Source: Paragordius varius
Lineage: Eukaryota > Animalia > Nematomorpha
DNA: 64,000 bases
Direction: 5' to 3'
Assembly (NCBI GenBank): GCA_964247055.1
Contig: OZ176056.1
Coordinates: forward strand, 4,588,001-4,652,000
Shown in pieces: positions 37,642 through 50,810 of the stretch; positions within the stretch are counted from its first letter, which is position 1; each line of letters begins with the position of its first letter. The notes under the pieces were generated by a model. It was not told the origin of the DNA. It did no database searches and worked only from the letters and a program-made list of their open reading frames with translations. Position numbers and translations under genes: made by a program.

Positions 37642-40116
37642 TTAACAAATAAATTTTTACAATTTGTATCATGTTAATTCCTTTATTCTATTTATTTTTT
37701 GACTAAAGCGTGATTTAAATTTGACTAATACCAGTAAAAATTAATTAATTTCTGGAGCGTTTTAACCGTAATTATTTTGATATTCATTTTATTATAAAGC
37801 TTTTAGCTTTTGACTGATATATGATTTATAATTTTTGGTCACCTGTGATTCTTCCATTCTCAACTTAAAATAGGGATTAATTAAACTGCAAATATCTTTT
37901 CCAATCATTAATAAAAATAGTCTAATTTATAAACACCATTATTTTTGAAGTAGTTTTATTGGACTGAATTCAAAAATCGCCATCATATGGTTATTATCCG
38001 ACGATCATTTTGTAAAATGATTGCAAAGCTTAACTTCAAATAAATTTTCTAGGCGTTTTTACAATATAAATTGCCGAAAGGAATTAAGTGTTCAAAACAA
38101 AATTTATTAACTTGACAATATAATTGATTATTTTACAGCAATTAATAGTTATTAATAAAAAGGTTGTTGGTCACCAAACAGCTTTAGGAACATGTATAAG
38201 TTAAAAAATAAATATTTATAAATAATTTCATCTAAAATATCTTGGACAAATTACCTTATATTATATCTTTACATATTATATTTAAAATACTGTATAAAAT
38301 TTTAAACTACGGTAAAGTTTTTTTAAAACTAATTATTTTAAATTGTTTTAAAATGAAAAATGTAATATGTAAATAATCATTTTCTAAGTGAACAAAACTA
38401 ATTAATTATTATTTGGAAAAACCCTTTATTTAAACAGTTAAATTTTCTTATCATTGTTTCATAATTTTGGCAAACTTACAAATTTTATGAAAAAAATATA
38501 ATTTAACCAATTATTTAATAACATGGTTTAAATAAATTTTTAATTATAGACAAAAGTTATTTTCACGGTGCAAAAATATATTCCCAATCACGCTTTTAGA
38601 AATTGAAATCATTTATTTTGTGCTCACATAAATAAATTATTGTTTTATTATTACTTATCTTAATATTATTTTCAATGCCAAATTGCAACAAAACTCCTTA
38701 AAAACAAATCATTATCATTTATAATAAAGGATTATAAAAGATAGGAATGATAGTAAGCAAAATTATTATGTTCAAGGGAGGGACTTTTGTGAAAAAAAAC
38801 CGTCATGATTGTATTGATAATATGCAATTTGGCCCAAAATTAAAATAAACATAATGGTATTTTTATGAATATAATATATATACTTGGCAGAATGTAGTGT
38901 TTTATGCGTGAAAAATAAACGATTTTATAATTCAATTTTTAATTTTTATATGACGCTCGAAGGGAAGGGCATAAACTTTATTGAATATCTTGAAACCTAA
39001 TTTGAAAGAAATATCTTAATGATTAATATAAATGCTAAAAATTATTGCCTTTTGCGGTTATATAAATTAATTATTTTATACACTAATGTAACGATTTCTT
39101 TTCATGTGTATGCTTTTTACGCTTATTATTTTTGTGCACATACACACACATATATATAAAAACCAGTTTAAACAGGTTACAATATGCATAGATATAACGT
39201 TGTATAGAGAAACATTGTATATATGTATAAAATATATTGATAATACAATAAAATAGTTTTTTATGCCTGCTACTGAAAAAAAATAAAATAAATTCAATAT
39301 CACGCATAATAATACACAATTTTGATTTCTTCTAACCTAATTGCATCACAAAAAACATATAGTAAATATTGAAAAATTTCTGTAAAACATTGTTATAAAT
39401 TCTAATCCATTGAACAAGACTATCAATTCAAACTGCTCATTACTGGTTTCTGATATAAATTTTGTGTGACAGAAAATTTTGTATATAAAGACTTTCAAAT
39501 ATCCACAATCTATCATTCTATCATTTTTTCGCGGACACCTTATTATCGTTACTTTTATCATCAAATTACAATTGTCCCCATTTCTCTTACTTAAGCGTAT
39601 TTGTTTAAGATTAACGACAGAATACGTCGATTTGCAGTATTTTTGTACAAATATTACAGCATATTAAATAATCTTACAACTCATAAAATCCACCACATTT
39701 TTGGACATTTATTACTCTTTGGATAGAAAGTGATAAAACGTATTCTGATACATTGCCAAAAAGGTAAAATTATAACAAATATATATATAGTAAAAACATT
39801 TCATCAATTTTATGTCAAATATTTTGTTTTTGAAACTTTATTTCAAGTAACAATTTTATATTCATGTATTATTTATACTAGTAGTCGTTTTATGCGTGTA
39901 GAGATATATATTGATTTTATGCTTACTTTATTTTATACTCAGTTATCTTACGCTTAAACACAATTTTACCAATTTTCCTCTTTGGTATTTACAAAAATAA
40001 TAACACATTGTAAGATTTTGCGTTTCCCACAACAACATATATTAATGCGACGATTTTTTTCCCTTAAATTTTAGGTTTTAGAAGTCTTGGAAAACAAACA
40101 TATATAAATACTCATC

Positions 40117-43018
40117 ATGAGTTCAACCGAGTTATATAGTTCTTATGAGGCTTCTTGTTGTACACCAAACACACCAGAATGCTTGGCTCAACACAGGACA
40201 GGTCTCACAGATTGTTGTTTTGTTGGGACGGCGGCTAATACAGCACCCCCTATAATTTTGGGTTTATTACAAACTTTATCTGCATCTACTTCATCACACC
40301 TGAATAGCAATAATTCCAACAATAATATAATTAATTCCACCGACATGTCATTAGGGGAGGCTACTGATAGAAATAATCAACAAAAGTACCTCACAGTAGG
40401 TTCGGGGTACATATCGGCCCTTACATCGTATTTAACTAATCCGGCCCAAAGTATATTTGCTTGTTGGGCTTCGTCCTTTGGTTCTACGCCCAACAACACG
40501 AATACCAAAAAGGGATTTGAACAAATGGAAACAACATACCCTGCTAAAAATAATTTATTGATGAATGATTTGCTGATAAACAAGAATAACAATTATGCCA
40601 CCACAGGTAGTATAAATAAAAAATCCTTTCCTCCCATAGTTTTCACCAAGAACTCTTCATTGGAATCGTATAAAAATGGCAATAATAATAATTTTAATTA
40701 TAATATGGAAATTTCTTCAGATAGTCAAAATAATTCAAATTTTGTTCCAACGAATAATGATAGGTAATCATTATTTTAGGAAATTTAAAACCAATGTTTA
40801 AATTTACTTTGAAATGAATTTTTAAGGAAATTATTATTTTATTAGGCAAACTACACTCCCTAGTTTTGGAGGAGATTATTGCAACAATCCTCTCCAAGAT
40901 TTGTTCATTAATAGTTTTAGTAAAGAAATGCTTAATGAAAATGATCAGAATACCACTTTATACTCCAATAATAATTATAATGATTTCAATGAAGATCGTT
41001 CACAAAATTTTACATTTAATATAATATGTGAAAGCCTCAACAATACATTAAATCAATCTGAAGAAAGGTTTAAAACATCAGAGGATTCACCGTCTCCTTC
41101 ATGCAAAAATCGTTTTTCAGTTTCACGCCTCCCAGTTCAAAGTGGTAATAAAGGTTTAATATTTTTTTTAAACACATATATTTCCTGGATACAAATTTTA
41201 AAATGTTTAAATATATTTACGAAATTAGCAGATCAAAATCGTATTCAACCGATAAAGTTTGAATGCGATTCTACCTTTTCATATTATGTCCGAAATGCTA
41301 TCACAGAAGAAATAAGCAACATTTGCCATTGGCGTGCTAAAGATTTTGGTTACGGTTCTCATTGGAATTATCTACAGATCCTATATATTTCCTACCCTTC
41401 GGGTTGGTTCGTAGCTTCAGATGAACAAAACAACATCATAGGTATCTATATAAACACTAAAAAATAATTATATAGAAAAAATTTGATATATTAAAGAGGT
41501 ATATTATAAGCATAAATGGTCAAAATTTTTTAAATGTTCAATCATAGTTTTAAAAACCCTATCGTCTGCCTTTTTTTTATATTTTTATTAATATATATTT
41601 TGATAATTAAACTATCATTTTTCGTTTTTACTGTAATTAATTTCACTTTTGTAAGGAAACATCTTTGTCATGAATCTAACACCGACTTTGGCTTTCGGTG
41701 GTTTGTATTGCGTCAAAAAAGAGTATCGATGCCGCGGAATAGGTGGAAAGTTATGGGAACAGCGAAAATCTTTTATAGCTGATCGAAATCTTGGCGTGAA
41801 TGCTGTAAAATCGCGAATTGGCCCAAATACAAAACTTGGCATGTTTGTTGATTTCAACAGTAAGTATTGGTTATTTTTCCATTTCGTTAGGATAACTATT
41901 AGTTGTGCTCTGCTATTTAATTAGGAAACCGCTCGTATTATATCGGAAAAACTTCCATTGATTTTGCTTATACGGTTTAGATTTTTTATAGTTTTCAAGG
42001 CTCCTTAGTTTTTAATTCCAAATTACTGCCAACCATACTGTTTATTTTCAAAATATATAAAAACCGCATTTTTTTAACGATTAAGATCTATTCTCGTCAA
42101 GCTTCCGCTTAGTTATATTTATATTTTTGCATACTAGTTAATCGATATCGTGCTACTATGGATGAAGAAAAATACTCCATTATCAAATCCGTATGTGATC
42201 AATTAAATTATCAATACATTTATGAACGGGTACCTTTTATTACTCAAACTCAAATTGACCAAATATCTGATGCTAATTGTAAATTGTCTAATACTAATAA
42301 ATACTTTGTATTATCTTACAATAATAATAATATGTCCAATAATGAGATTAATTATGGGACTGGGTGCTCTCGCCAAAGTTTTAAGATATTATTTGGTGAC
42401 ACACCCAAAGAAAATCATAATTTTTATCTTTCAATGAATGATATAAACTCGGACAGTATTAACCAGCATATAATGAATAAATTATTACAATTCGACACAC
42501 ATATGCATGGTGGTATTCAAAGGAACCAATTTTTATACCAATTAATGAATTCACCCAATGTTAAAATGTTATTAGCAATCAAGGTTAATCATTTCATCAA
42601 CGATGAAAATACGGATTCATTATCTATTGATTTGGACATACTTGGATACGGTATTTTACGGCCCCGGTATACTGGGTATACTATTGGACCGCTTTATGCA
42701 GTAGAACGAGGTACAGCGCAAACTTTACTCTTTAATCTGTTGCTTGGCGTTCCGATCGATTCACCTTTCGATTTTATGATTGTACAACCAGAAACTCCAA
42801 GTAATTCACTACTAGAGCTCTTAAATAATACGGATTCTGCAGCAGACGACATTCCTATACCAATCAAATGGGAATCTACCCAAACTATGTCGGAAATGAC
42901 TCAATTATTAGCATTACCGTTGGAAACTACCTTACATCGTATGTATAGTAAAGAAAGAGTTGATATCCCATTAAATAATATATATTGTATTATTAGTTCT
43001 GAAGCATTTTTGTGCTAA
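40117..43018 (+). CDS. Tandem-GNAT (YitH/HolE-like) N-acetyltransferase with a ~320-aa low-complexity N-terminal extension
   Basis: Exons 40117-40763, 40846-41153, 41229(or 41232)-41441, 41656-41859, 41925-41974, ~42113(or 42138)-43018. Motifs YYVRNAITEE, GWFVASDEQNNIIGNIFVM, FGGLYCVKKEYRCRGIGGKLW (acetyl-CoA motif A), RNLGVNAV, RNQFL, LGYGILRP...YTIGPLYA. The acceptor of the last exon is uncertain. Confidence 0.8.
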
Positions 43019-43446
43019 TTAAGTATCATGCCCAAAGACCTATTCAATCAAATATTTAATAGTTTTGGGAAACGTTTCATAATACAAATCATCGTATTCA
43101 TTATATCCTATTGTAGCCAATTATCTTTATCTGTCATCAAAAATCATTACATATTTATTGAAGCCACATTCCAATCCTTTTTTTGGCAAAAAGTGATTTT
43201 AGACAACCTTTATATACCCGTTTTACTGTTAAAGCAATATATTAAGGCATAGTAGTTTATAAATTATTATTTTACATATATAAACCTATATATTTACCAA
43301 ATAAATTTATATTATAACATTTATTTACTGCTTTTTGATAAATTCTTGTTAAAACGTATGTTTCAAAATTTTTTTATTCATTTAAAACAAATTAATTTTT
43401 TAACTAATGGGGGTAAATCAATATTTTCGCGTCAAACCATTTAAAG

Positions 43447-43680
43447 TACCATTTACAGTTCAAATTCACCCTTGATCGAACAATTTAAATTAACCCTAAA
43501 ATAGATTATGTGTTTTTTAAGTTATTTTATAATTTTTAAAATATGAAATTATGTTTATAATTAATATAATGCTGAAAAAATAATAAAATATGTCGTAAAA
43601 AAATATTTTATATTTATGATGAGTTATATTATCCCGAAAACACATAATTTATTTTTAGGGTTGAATTGTAAATAGTATAT
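43447..43680. mobile_element. MITE family A copy downstream of the GNAT gene
   Basis: TACCATTTACAGTTCAAATTCACCC left end, TTGAATTGTAAATAGTATA right end; internal match to 14428-14688. Confidence 0.72.
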
Positions 43681-44519
43681 ATTTTGTATCTACATAAAAA
43701 GGTCCTTCTTATAAAATCACCATACGCTACTGTATAAAAATGAGTATTGTAATTATTCGGATAGATTCATAGAAATATTTCGTTTCATGAGATGTTATTT
43801 GGTGACTGAAATTTAAAAGGCAGACACTGTGATAATACCGGCCAATATACTTAATGATGTATTTATATAATGGATCATTTTTAATTGTTTTTGATACTTT
43901 TATCAATAAGTTTTCATCCGCTCTAACAATATAAAATGTTTTAGTAGAAATTAAGCTAACGTCTTATTACACATCATACAACCTATATAATATCTATTAT
44001 TGTGAGTAAATATTTGGAAAGGTATTAGTTTTGTTTGTTATAATTTTTTATAACCTACATCATATTGATCGTATATTACGTTGGTTTTGATCTAAAAAAC
44101 AAAAAAACTGTCAGTACATGTCAAAATTTGGCACAATATCAAAATAATGGTTGGTGATTGATTCAAACTAAGTTATTATTATATAAGTCTACATAAATGA
44201 CAAGAAAGATATGAGAAAAACAGTCCATTTTCTCTACAGAAAGAAATATGCATTTACATACAGGGTAATTACATCAGTTTTGTTTATCGGTTTTCTTTGT
44301 AAATTTTTTGTTCATAAATGATATTTTTGTAATTTTTCTATAAAACCATTTCCATCTTATATTTTTTTTTAATTTTTATTTATTTTTTAATTTTCTGCTT
44401 TCCCTCGGGGAAAATTAGGGAATCAGTTTTATTTTCATTTTCCACAAGGACAAACATGCCAGTTAGTTAACGATCGTCATCACCCGGAAGGAATCGCTGA
44501 GCGAGTTAAATAATAAACA

Positions 44520-44720
44520 AGTTTAATTAAAGTTTTTATAAATATATCGTCTTAGATGGTTTGGACCTACAGAAAAAGTGATGAGTAAAAAATTGATAAA
44601 TACATTGTCGAAGATAAGAGGGGAAGTCGGCGCCCTATAATGCTGTGCATAGATACGGTTCAAAGGGATAATGCAAATTTAACTTAAAAACACAAAGATG
44701 CGATAGATAGGTTCGACAGT
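44520..44720 (+). mobile_element. Short RTE-like LINE 3' remnant
   Basis: Translates as YRLRWFG ... KRGSRRPIMLCIDTVQRD, matching the RLRWFGH...RGRPK.TW.D motif. Heavily decayed. Confidence 0.5.
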
Positions 44721-44779
44721 GTACATATATGCCCAAAAGAGTGATCTTAAATGTATTAGTAAAGGTCTTGCAAAATTAT

Positions 44780-45260
44780 TATTTAATGATAAGATAACTA
44801 TATAAATATTATTTAAATATTTAGCACGGGCATCTAAAATCTTATGGTTTCCTCAAAAATGGTCTAGTTTTCTTACAAATAACGCAAAAATTCCGAAATT
44901 CGATAGTAATTTATAATATGTAATAGAATATGACATTAAAACGAATTTATGAGAGGTTGCATTTTTCGCTTGAGATATAAATTTTTAAAAATTTGTTGGA
45001 GCGTATTTTATTGTGGAGCATAGTGAAAACAGTAGAAACGCACTTAAAAATATTATAAAAATAATTTTATGATAATTATATGATAAATATATGATGCTGT
45101 AGATTTTTATCACCTCTGAGTTTTGATTAAAAGATATGATTTTCTTCCAATTTAAGTAAGATAAAAATGTGTTTATACAATGGCTACTTAAATTGAAAAC
45201 GATGAGATATTTTAATCAAAATTCAAAAGTGATAGTTATGTTCAGCATAATCAAATTATA
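44780..45260. repeat. Family C repeat copy
   Basis: AAAAATTTGTTGGAGCGTA and GATGCTGTAGATTTTTATCACCTCTGAG match the 19190-19320 core. Confidence 0.45.
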
Positions 45261-45477
45261 TAGAGAAAATGCGTTTTTAAACAGTTTTCCACCCTTTTCA
45301 CCATCCAATATATAAAAAATTTAACAAACTATACACTTTCTCTGATGTCATAATCCAACATATAAAATTATTATCGCGCAATCGCCGCATTTTTGAGTCT
45401 TTTATAAAGACTCTATTTTTATGGAGGCTAAAAATGCGAAACCTTCGGAGTCATCTCATTGCGCACAAAATCGGCAA

Positions 45478-46990
45478 TCTATATATTTATAAAAATGGAA
45501 AATGCTGGCTTTGTGATCTGTTTCCGGAAAACCGGTAGAGCCATTCAAAAAAGAAAAAATAATGAATGCCCGACAATAGCTTTGTTTGAATTAAGCCGCC
45601 AGTTCAGGCCCGCCCCATGTTATAAAACGGTTGATTTTGAAAACACAAGTCCACAAAAGTCGTGTCTTTGAGACAATTTTCCGGAAAACGTGTTAGACCA
45701 TTCAATTATATGATTTTTTTACCTATTTTCGATTGCGCCGAACATAGTTGGCTCGCTTTTTTAATTAAGGCCCTCTTTTTGCCTGATCCCCCCCGTAAAA
45801 TGTCATTTTTTTTCAAAATAACCAAATTTACAAAAATAATTTTTTGAATCTATTTTTTGCCCAGGGCATGAGACCGAAAAAATTCGATGAGGATCAAGAA
45901 TTCTCCATTGAAAGGCAAAAATTTTAGTCGTGCGTTTTTTATAATGACAGGGTAAGGAAATACCCGCTAAAAACTGCCCCGTCATATCGAAATAGTGTGC
46001 CTTTGGGGCTATATTTTAGAAAACCTACACGCCATATGAGTTCAATAGGTACTTAAAATATTACCCTTAACAAGGCAAAAATCTAGTTCATGTGGTTTTT
46101 TAAAATTAGCCGTTAATTAGACCCTTCACGTCTTGAAAAATGCTCCACTATATGATTTTTCCCAAAAATGAGTGCATATGATCAATCATGCCAAGTATTC
46201 TCCGTAAAAAGGCAAAAATTTTAATCAAGCGCTTTTTTGTATCAGCCTCTGGGGCCTAAACTACGCCACCATATCGAAATTGCGTTATTTAGAAGTTAAT
46301 TTTCAGAAAACTTACCAGGCCATATAAGTTTAATAAGGACATGAAATATTACCCTTAAAAAGTTTTATAAATTGGCCACTAATTAGGCCCTTGAATGATG
46401 ATTCCAGGAATTCCCCTTATAAAGATATTTTTTTATCGAAGATCTTTTATATGTCGGCCTGGATTAAACGCCAAAAATTGCGGCACCATATCGATACAGT
46501 ATGACTTTGGAGGCAAATTTTAGAAAACCTATGATTCTAAAGGGAATATATGGAATCCATGAAAGTTCCAGATGTTCCCCATATAAAAACAAAAATTTAG
46601 CCCGACGCCTGTTTTTATACCTCCCAAACTACCCGCCAAAAACTGCGCCATTATCAAAAAATTTATGAAGCCAGATGAGCTCATTAAAAGCTTGAAATAT
46701 TACCCGTAACTAGGTAAAATTTAAGGTCAGCCTTTTTATTTAGCTGTTAATTTGGGGTTTTTATGCCCTAAAAATACGCCATCATATAACGATTTTGTTA
46801 GGTATTTTTTTGAATAGCCCATGAGACAATGGTATCAAAAATGATTTCAATTATTTGCCCTATACAGAAAATTTACAGCGCTTTTTCCACATAAATCTAT
46901 GGGTAAGGGTACCGGTTTAGAACTGAGTCGCCATATAAAATGGCGAGGTTTTGGAGCTAATTTTCAAAAAACTTAAGAAGCCATCAGTTA
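45478..46990 (+). mobile_element. Long Helitron family copy H8 with degenerate internal subrepeats, 3' end not found
   Basis: A|TCTATATATTTATAAAAATGGAAAATGCTGG at 45478. ATATTACCC.TAA..AGGCAAAA-type motifs recur at ~46059, 46195, 46347, 46571, 46697 and 46855. Confidence 0.75.
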
Positions 46991-47702
46991 AACAATTTTT
47001 GGGGAATTTGTAAATCATTCTTTCTTTCAAAAAAGGGACCACAAATGATTACTTTTTATATCCCTTGTTCTCAGCTGTGTCACAATTTCAAAATAAAACT
47101 TTTGACCATGATTTCGTAAAACAATAATCTGAAAATAAATTCAATGATGATTGAATATTAACTTTAATAAGGGGCAATTTAATTATGGCCGATTTCCAGT
47201 AAGCAATATTTGTGCCTTTGCAAAAACCCGTACAAGAATAATTACAGACATTCTTTTTATCAGGATATTTTGTTGACACTGTATTATATATATAAAATAT
47301 ACACATTTTATAAAAATATTTTTTAGTCAATTTCGTCACCGTGTATATCACAGAAAAAACCGTGCATTATAGATATCAAGGTGTATCAAGAAAAGAGGAC
47401 GCAGCAGACCACGTCGCTACTGTCCACAAGAGACGTCTCTTGCTGCCCTTTCATACACCAATAAATAGTGGCTCAGTGACAGTCATCTAGTAGCGTCCAA
47501 GTCGGGTTAACATCTAGGGATACAATATTATGTTTTATATGGGCCATGTATAAATAAAATAATAAATTATTTGGTATAGACTACTATTATACAGATAAAT
47601 AAAATCTTATGGGCCTTATTTTATATAATTATACATGGTTCAATCTTGTAGTATCCAATAACATTCTTTAAAATATAACGCTATACATCAAACTTAATTT
47701 AA

Positions 47703-48858
47703 CACTTCGATTTAATTTGGGGTATCTAAATACCCCAGACTAAATTTGAGTTAGGATTTTTTAAAAACTACTGAAGGAAACGGTCCCAATTTTTATGGTT
47801 CTATCCTAATAAAAATTATATAAATATGTTAAAATATCTAAATAAAATTTTGTTTTGAAAAAAAGTTCCATGTCAAACAACTTCGACGCCATTTTTATTT
47901 TACAAAATTTTTGCAAAATATCGTCTTCATTTAACACTTGGATACAACACACTCAATTTAGTCCATCGATTCAAATTGGGGTAGTTGGATACCCCAGACC
48001 TGTTTATAATCAAATACTTAAAGAAGTATGGAAGGAATCAAAACCATGACAAAATTTTGCACTTATATAACATTAATAAACCTAAATATATAAAAAATTT
48101 TATTCAAAAATACTTAATATTACTTATTTGCTAAAACCAAAAGGTAAAAATTTCGTCAACGTGACATGTGTCAAATTGTAAAATTAGAAAATAATACAAA
48201 ATAAACCGCTTTTTCTATTTCTATCAATGTAAAATGTAATTTATATAAAAAATTAGCTTTAGTTTTACCCTTAAAATTAAATGAAGACGATATTTTGCAA
48301 AAATTTTGTAAAATAAAAATGGCGTCGAAATAGTTTGAGATGGAACTTTTTTTACAAAACAAAATTTTATCAAGCTATTTTGGCATATTTATATAATTTT
48401 TATCAGGATAGAAGCATAAATTTAAATTGGGACCGTTTTCTTCAATCTTTTTTAAATATATTAATTTAAATTTAGTCTGGGGTATTTAGATACCCCAATT
48501 TGAATCGAAGTGTTAATTTTAAGGGTAAAATTTAAGCTTTTTTTATTTAAATTACATCCAACATAGATAGAAATCAAAAAAGCGGTTTAGTCCGTAGTAT
48601 TTTTCAATTTTACCATTCCACACATGTCACGTTGACAAAATTTCTACCTCTCGGTTTTAGCTAAAAATAAGTAATATCAAGTATTTTTAAAGAAATTTTT
48701 TTATATATTTCGTTTTATTAATGTTATATAAGTGCACAATTTCGCCATGGTCTTGATTCCTTCCATAATTTTAAAGAATTTAATTTGAAACAGGCCTGGG
48801 GTATTTAACTACCCCAATTTGAATCGAAGGACTAAAATGAAGCTGTTGTATCCAAGTG
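47703..48858 (-). mobile_element. piggyBac-like MITE family E, outer copy interrupted by a sister copy
   Basis: TTAA|CACTT at 47699-47707 and AAGTG|TTAA ending at 48862. The segments 47703-47930 and 48517-48858 rejoin at an internal TTAA to give a full E copy on the reverse strand. Confidence 0.9.
47935..48512 (+). mobile_element. piggyBac-like MITE family E, complete 578-bp inner copy
   Basis: TTAA TSD at 47931-47934 and 48513-48516. Ends CACTTGGATACAAC... and ...CCCCAATTTGAATCGAAGTG. Confidence 0.92.
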
Positions 48859-49464
48859 TTAATGAGTGCATATTTATCATACTGTTACAGTATTTATTTT
48901 GTTTAATACGCTTTTTAAAATACTCTTTTTTGATTAGAGTGTGTTTTGCTAGTGAAATTAGATTTCCGTTTTTTATGCTCTAGGTCATTTTTTTAAATAA
49001 AATTCCAGTTGGTATCCAAAAATATCTCTGATAACTAAATCAATTTTCAACTGTTAAAATATTAAAACAACATTTAAAGATCAATAATATTCATTTTTTC
49101 TTCATCCATCAATTTTTCAATTAAAATAACTTCTCTCTTTGTAAGATCGTCGCATTTGTTTTCCTCATCTTTTATCTATGTATTTCAGTCTTTATAATAA
49201 CCACACTTAGATTTTGCTTAAAGTTTTATCTTGAAAAACGTCTAAAACTTAATGTTGAGCATTCGTCATATTATATTTTTAGATTTTTTTGATTTCTACC
49301 AACAAATCTAAAGTAGCTAATAGATAAAATTAAATAAATTTAGATTTGTTGTTTGCCAGTTTTTTTATAAATAATAAAATGTATAAAGAAACATTAAAGG
49401 TATAAAAATAATTTTCTTAATTTTACACTTTAAAAAACTAAAATGATTATATGAATGGTGACAT

Positions 49465-50810
49465 ATGCACATGTTAAAAAATTTGTTCCGAGTTGGAAAA
49501 CGCTTTTCTCATGAGTTTTTTTCATTTTTTTATTTTAGTGACACAAGGTGGGTGTATCGTAACCCAGAAATTCCGACAAATACTGAACATTATGTTGCCA
49601 AAGGGTTAAATGCATTTTTTTGGTGGTGGATTTTTTACCACGCATGGTATAAGCCTGCGGATTTAGTAATACTTTTACTATATCGATTTAATAAAAGTTT
49701 GAAAGGAAACTTCAACAATGTGGTACTATTTTATTCCAACGGAATAGGGTTAATACTTGTTTTTTAACGGATTTTCGATTTTAACTCATAAACGGCTGAA
49801 ATAAACATCTATAATATGGTATATGATCCATTATTGAGAACATGGTTATTTCTTTTATAACGTTTTAAAGAGAGTGAAAATTTTAAACACCTTTTTTATC
49901 CATGTGATATGTTGGTTATGTTTGTATCAATTCTATTAAAATTTATATTGATATATTACGATTTTTATATTATTTATCAAATATTACTTACAACCTGATT
50001 ACATCAAATTTTTTGTCATAAAAATTTTAACTGTTTGCTAATATTGATTCTGCCCTCATTAACACTATTGAAAAAAATACATGATTCATTAAGAAACATT
50101 AAAACTATTAATAATTTAATCAAAACTCAATTATTTTCTTATATTACATTCGGACCTGTAATTCGAAAGCAGGTATATTTATCCTAAAATATTGTTATTC
50201 TAAACTAGGACATTTTTTGAAGATAGCAAAATTGCATGATGATAACCATGCTAATTATTTTACAGTTTTGATAAGTTTATGAGGGGTGGGAGGTATGATA
50301 TACATGTAGATATAACGTAAAAACATTAAAACGAATATTTTTTTCAAAAGATCCCCATACATTATTTAACTTTTTTAAATTTAACTCATTGTTTTGCATC
50401 GCAAACTATGAAATAGGGATTTAAATTGGTTACACACAATCAATTACATATTTTTCAATTTCAATCAATTATAATTTATATAGCATACATTAAGGTTTAA
50501 AAAAAGTATGCTTGGCATAGTCTTTTGAAGTAAAAATTTATCTTTATGTTTTTTTGTCTGTATAATTGTTACAGATATATATATATATATAATTTAGGCT
50601 CATTACATTTATCCCGATCCTGCGCGATGGACTAATGAAGAACTAGGCGTTCCTCCTGACGACTGGCCAGGGACCGGGAGAGTCAGGAATAAGGGAGATC
50701 CCCCTTACATAATATATGCGGATGATTCGGACCCTGGCCCAACTTACAATGGGAATGTTACGTACAAAACTATTGTGGCCGGAGGAGGAGAAGAAGGGGC
50801 TGAAAAATGA
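49465..50810 (+). CDS. NDUFB2: NADH dehydrogenase [ubiquinone] 1 beta subcomplex subunit 2 (AGGG), mitochondrial
   Basis: Exons 49465-49514, 49539-49665, 50598-50810 (129 aa). Presequence-like MLKNLFRVGKRFSH, WVYR, TM helix AFFWWWIFYHAW, and the diagnostic HYIYPDPARWTNEELGVPPDD. Second possible start at 49471. Confidence 0.9.

Noticed and set aside
40764-40779. 16-nt GT...AG after GNAT exon 1
   Set aside because: Its use does not lead into the downstream coding frame; the 82-nt intron 40764-40845 does.
47350-47520. GC-richer island with an RGRSRPRR reading
   Set aside because: Could be another LINE 3' remnant or an ncRNA, but it is too short and no structure or motif could be supported.
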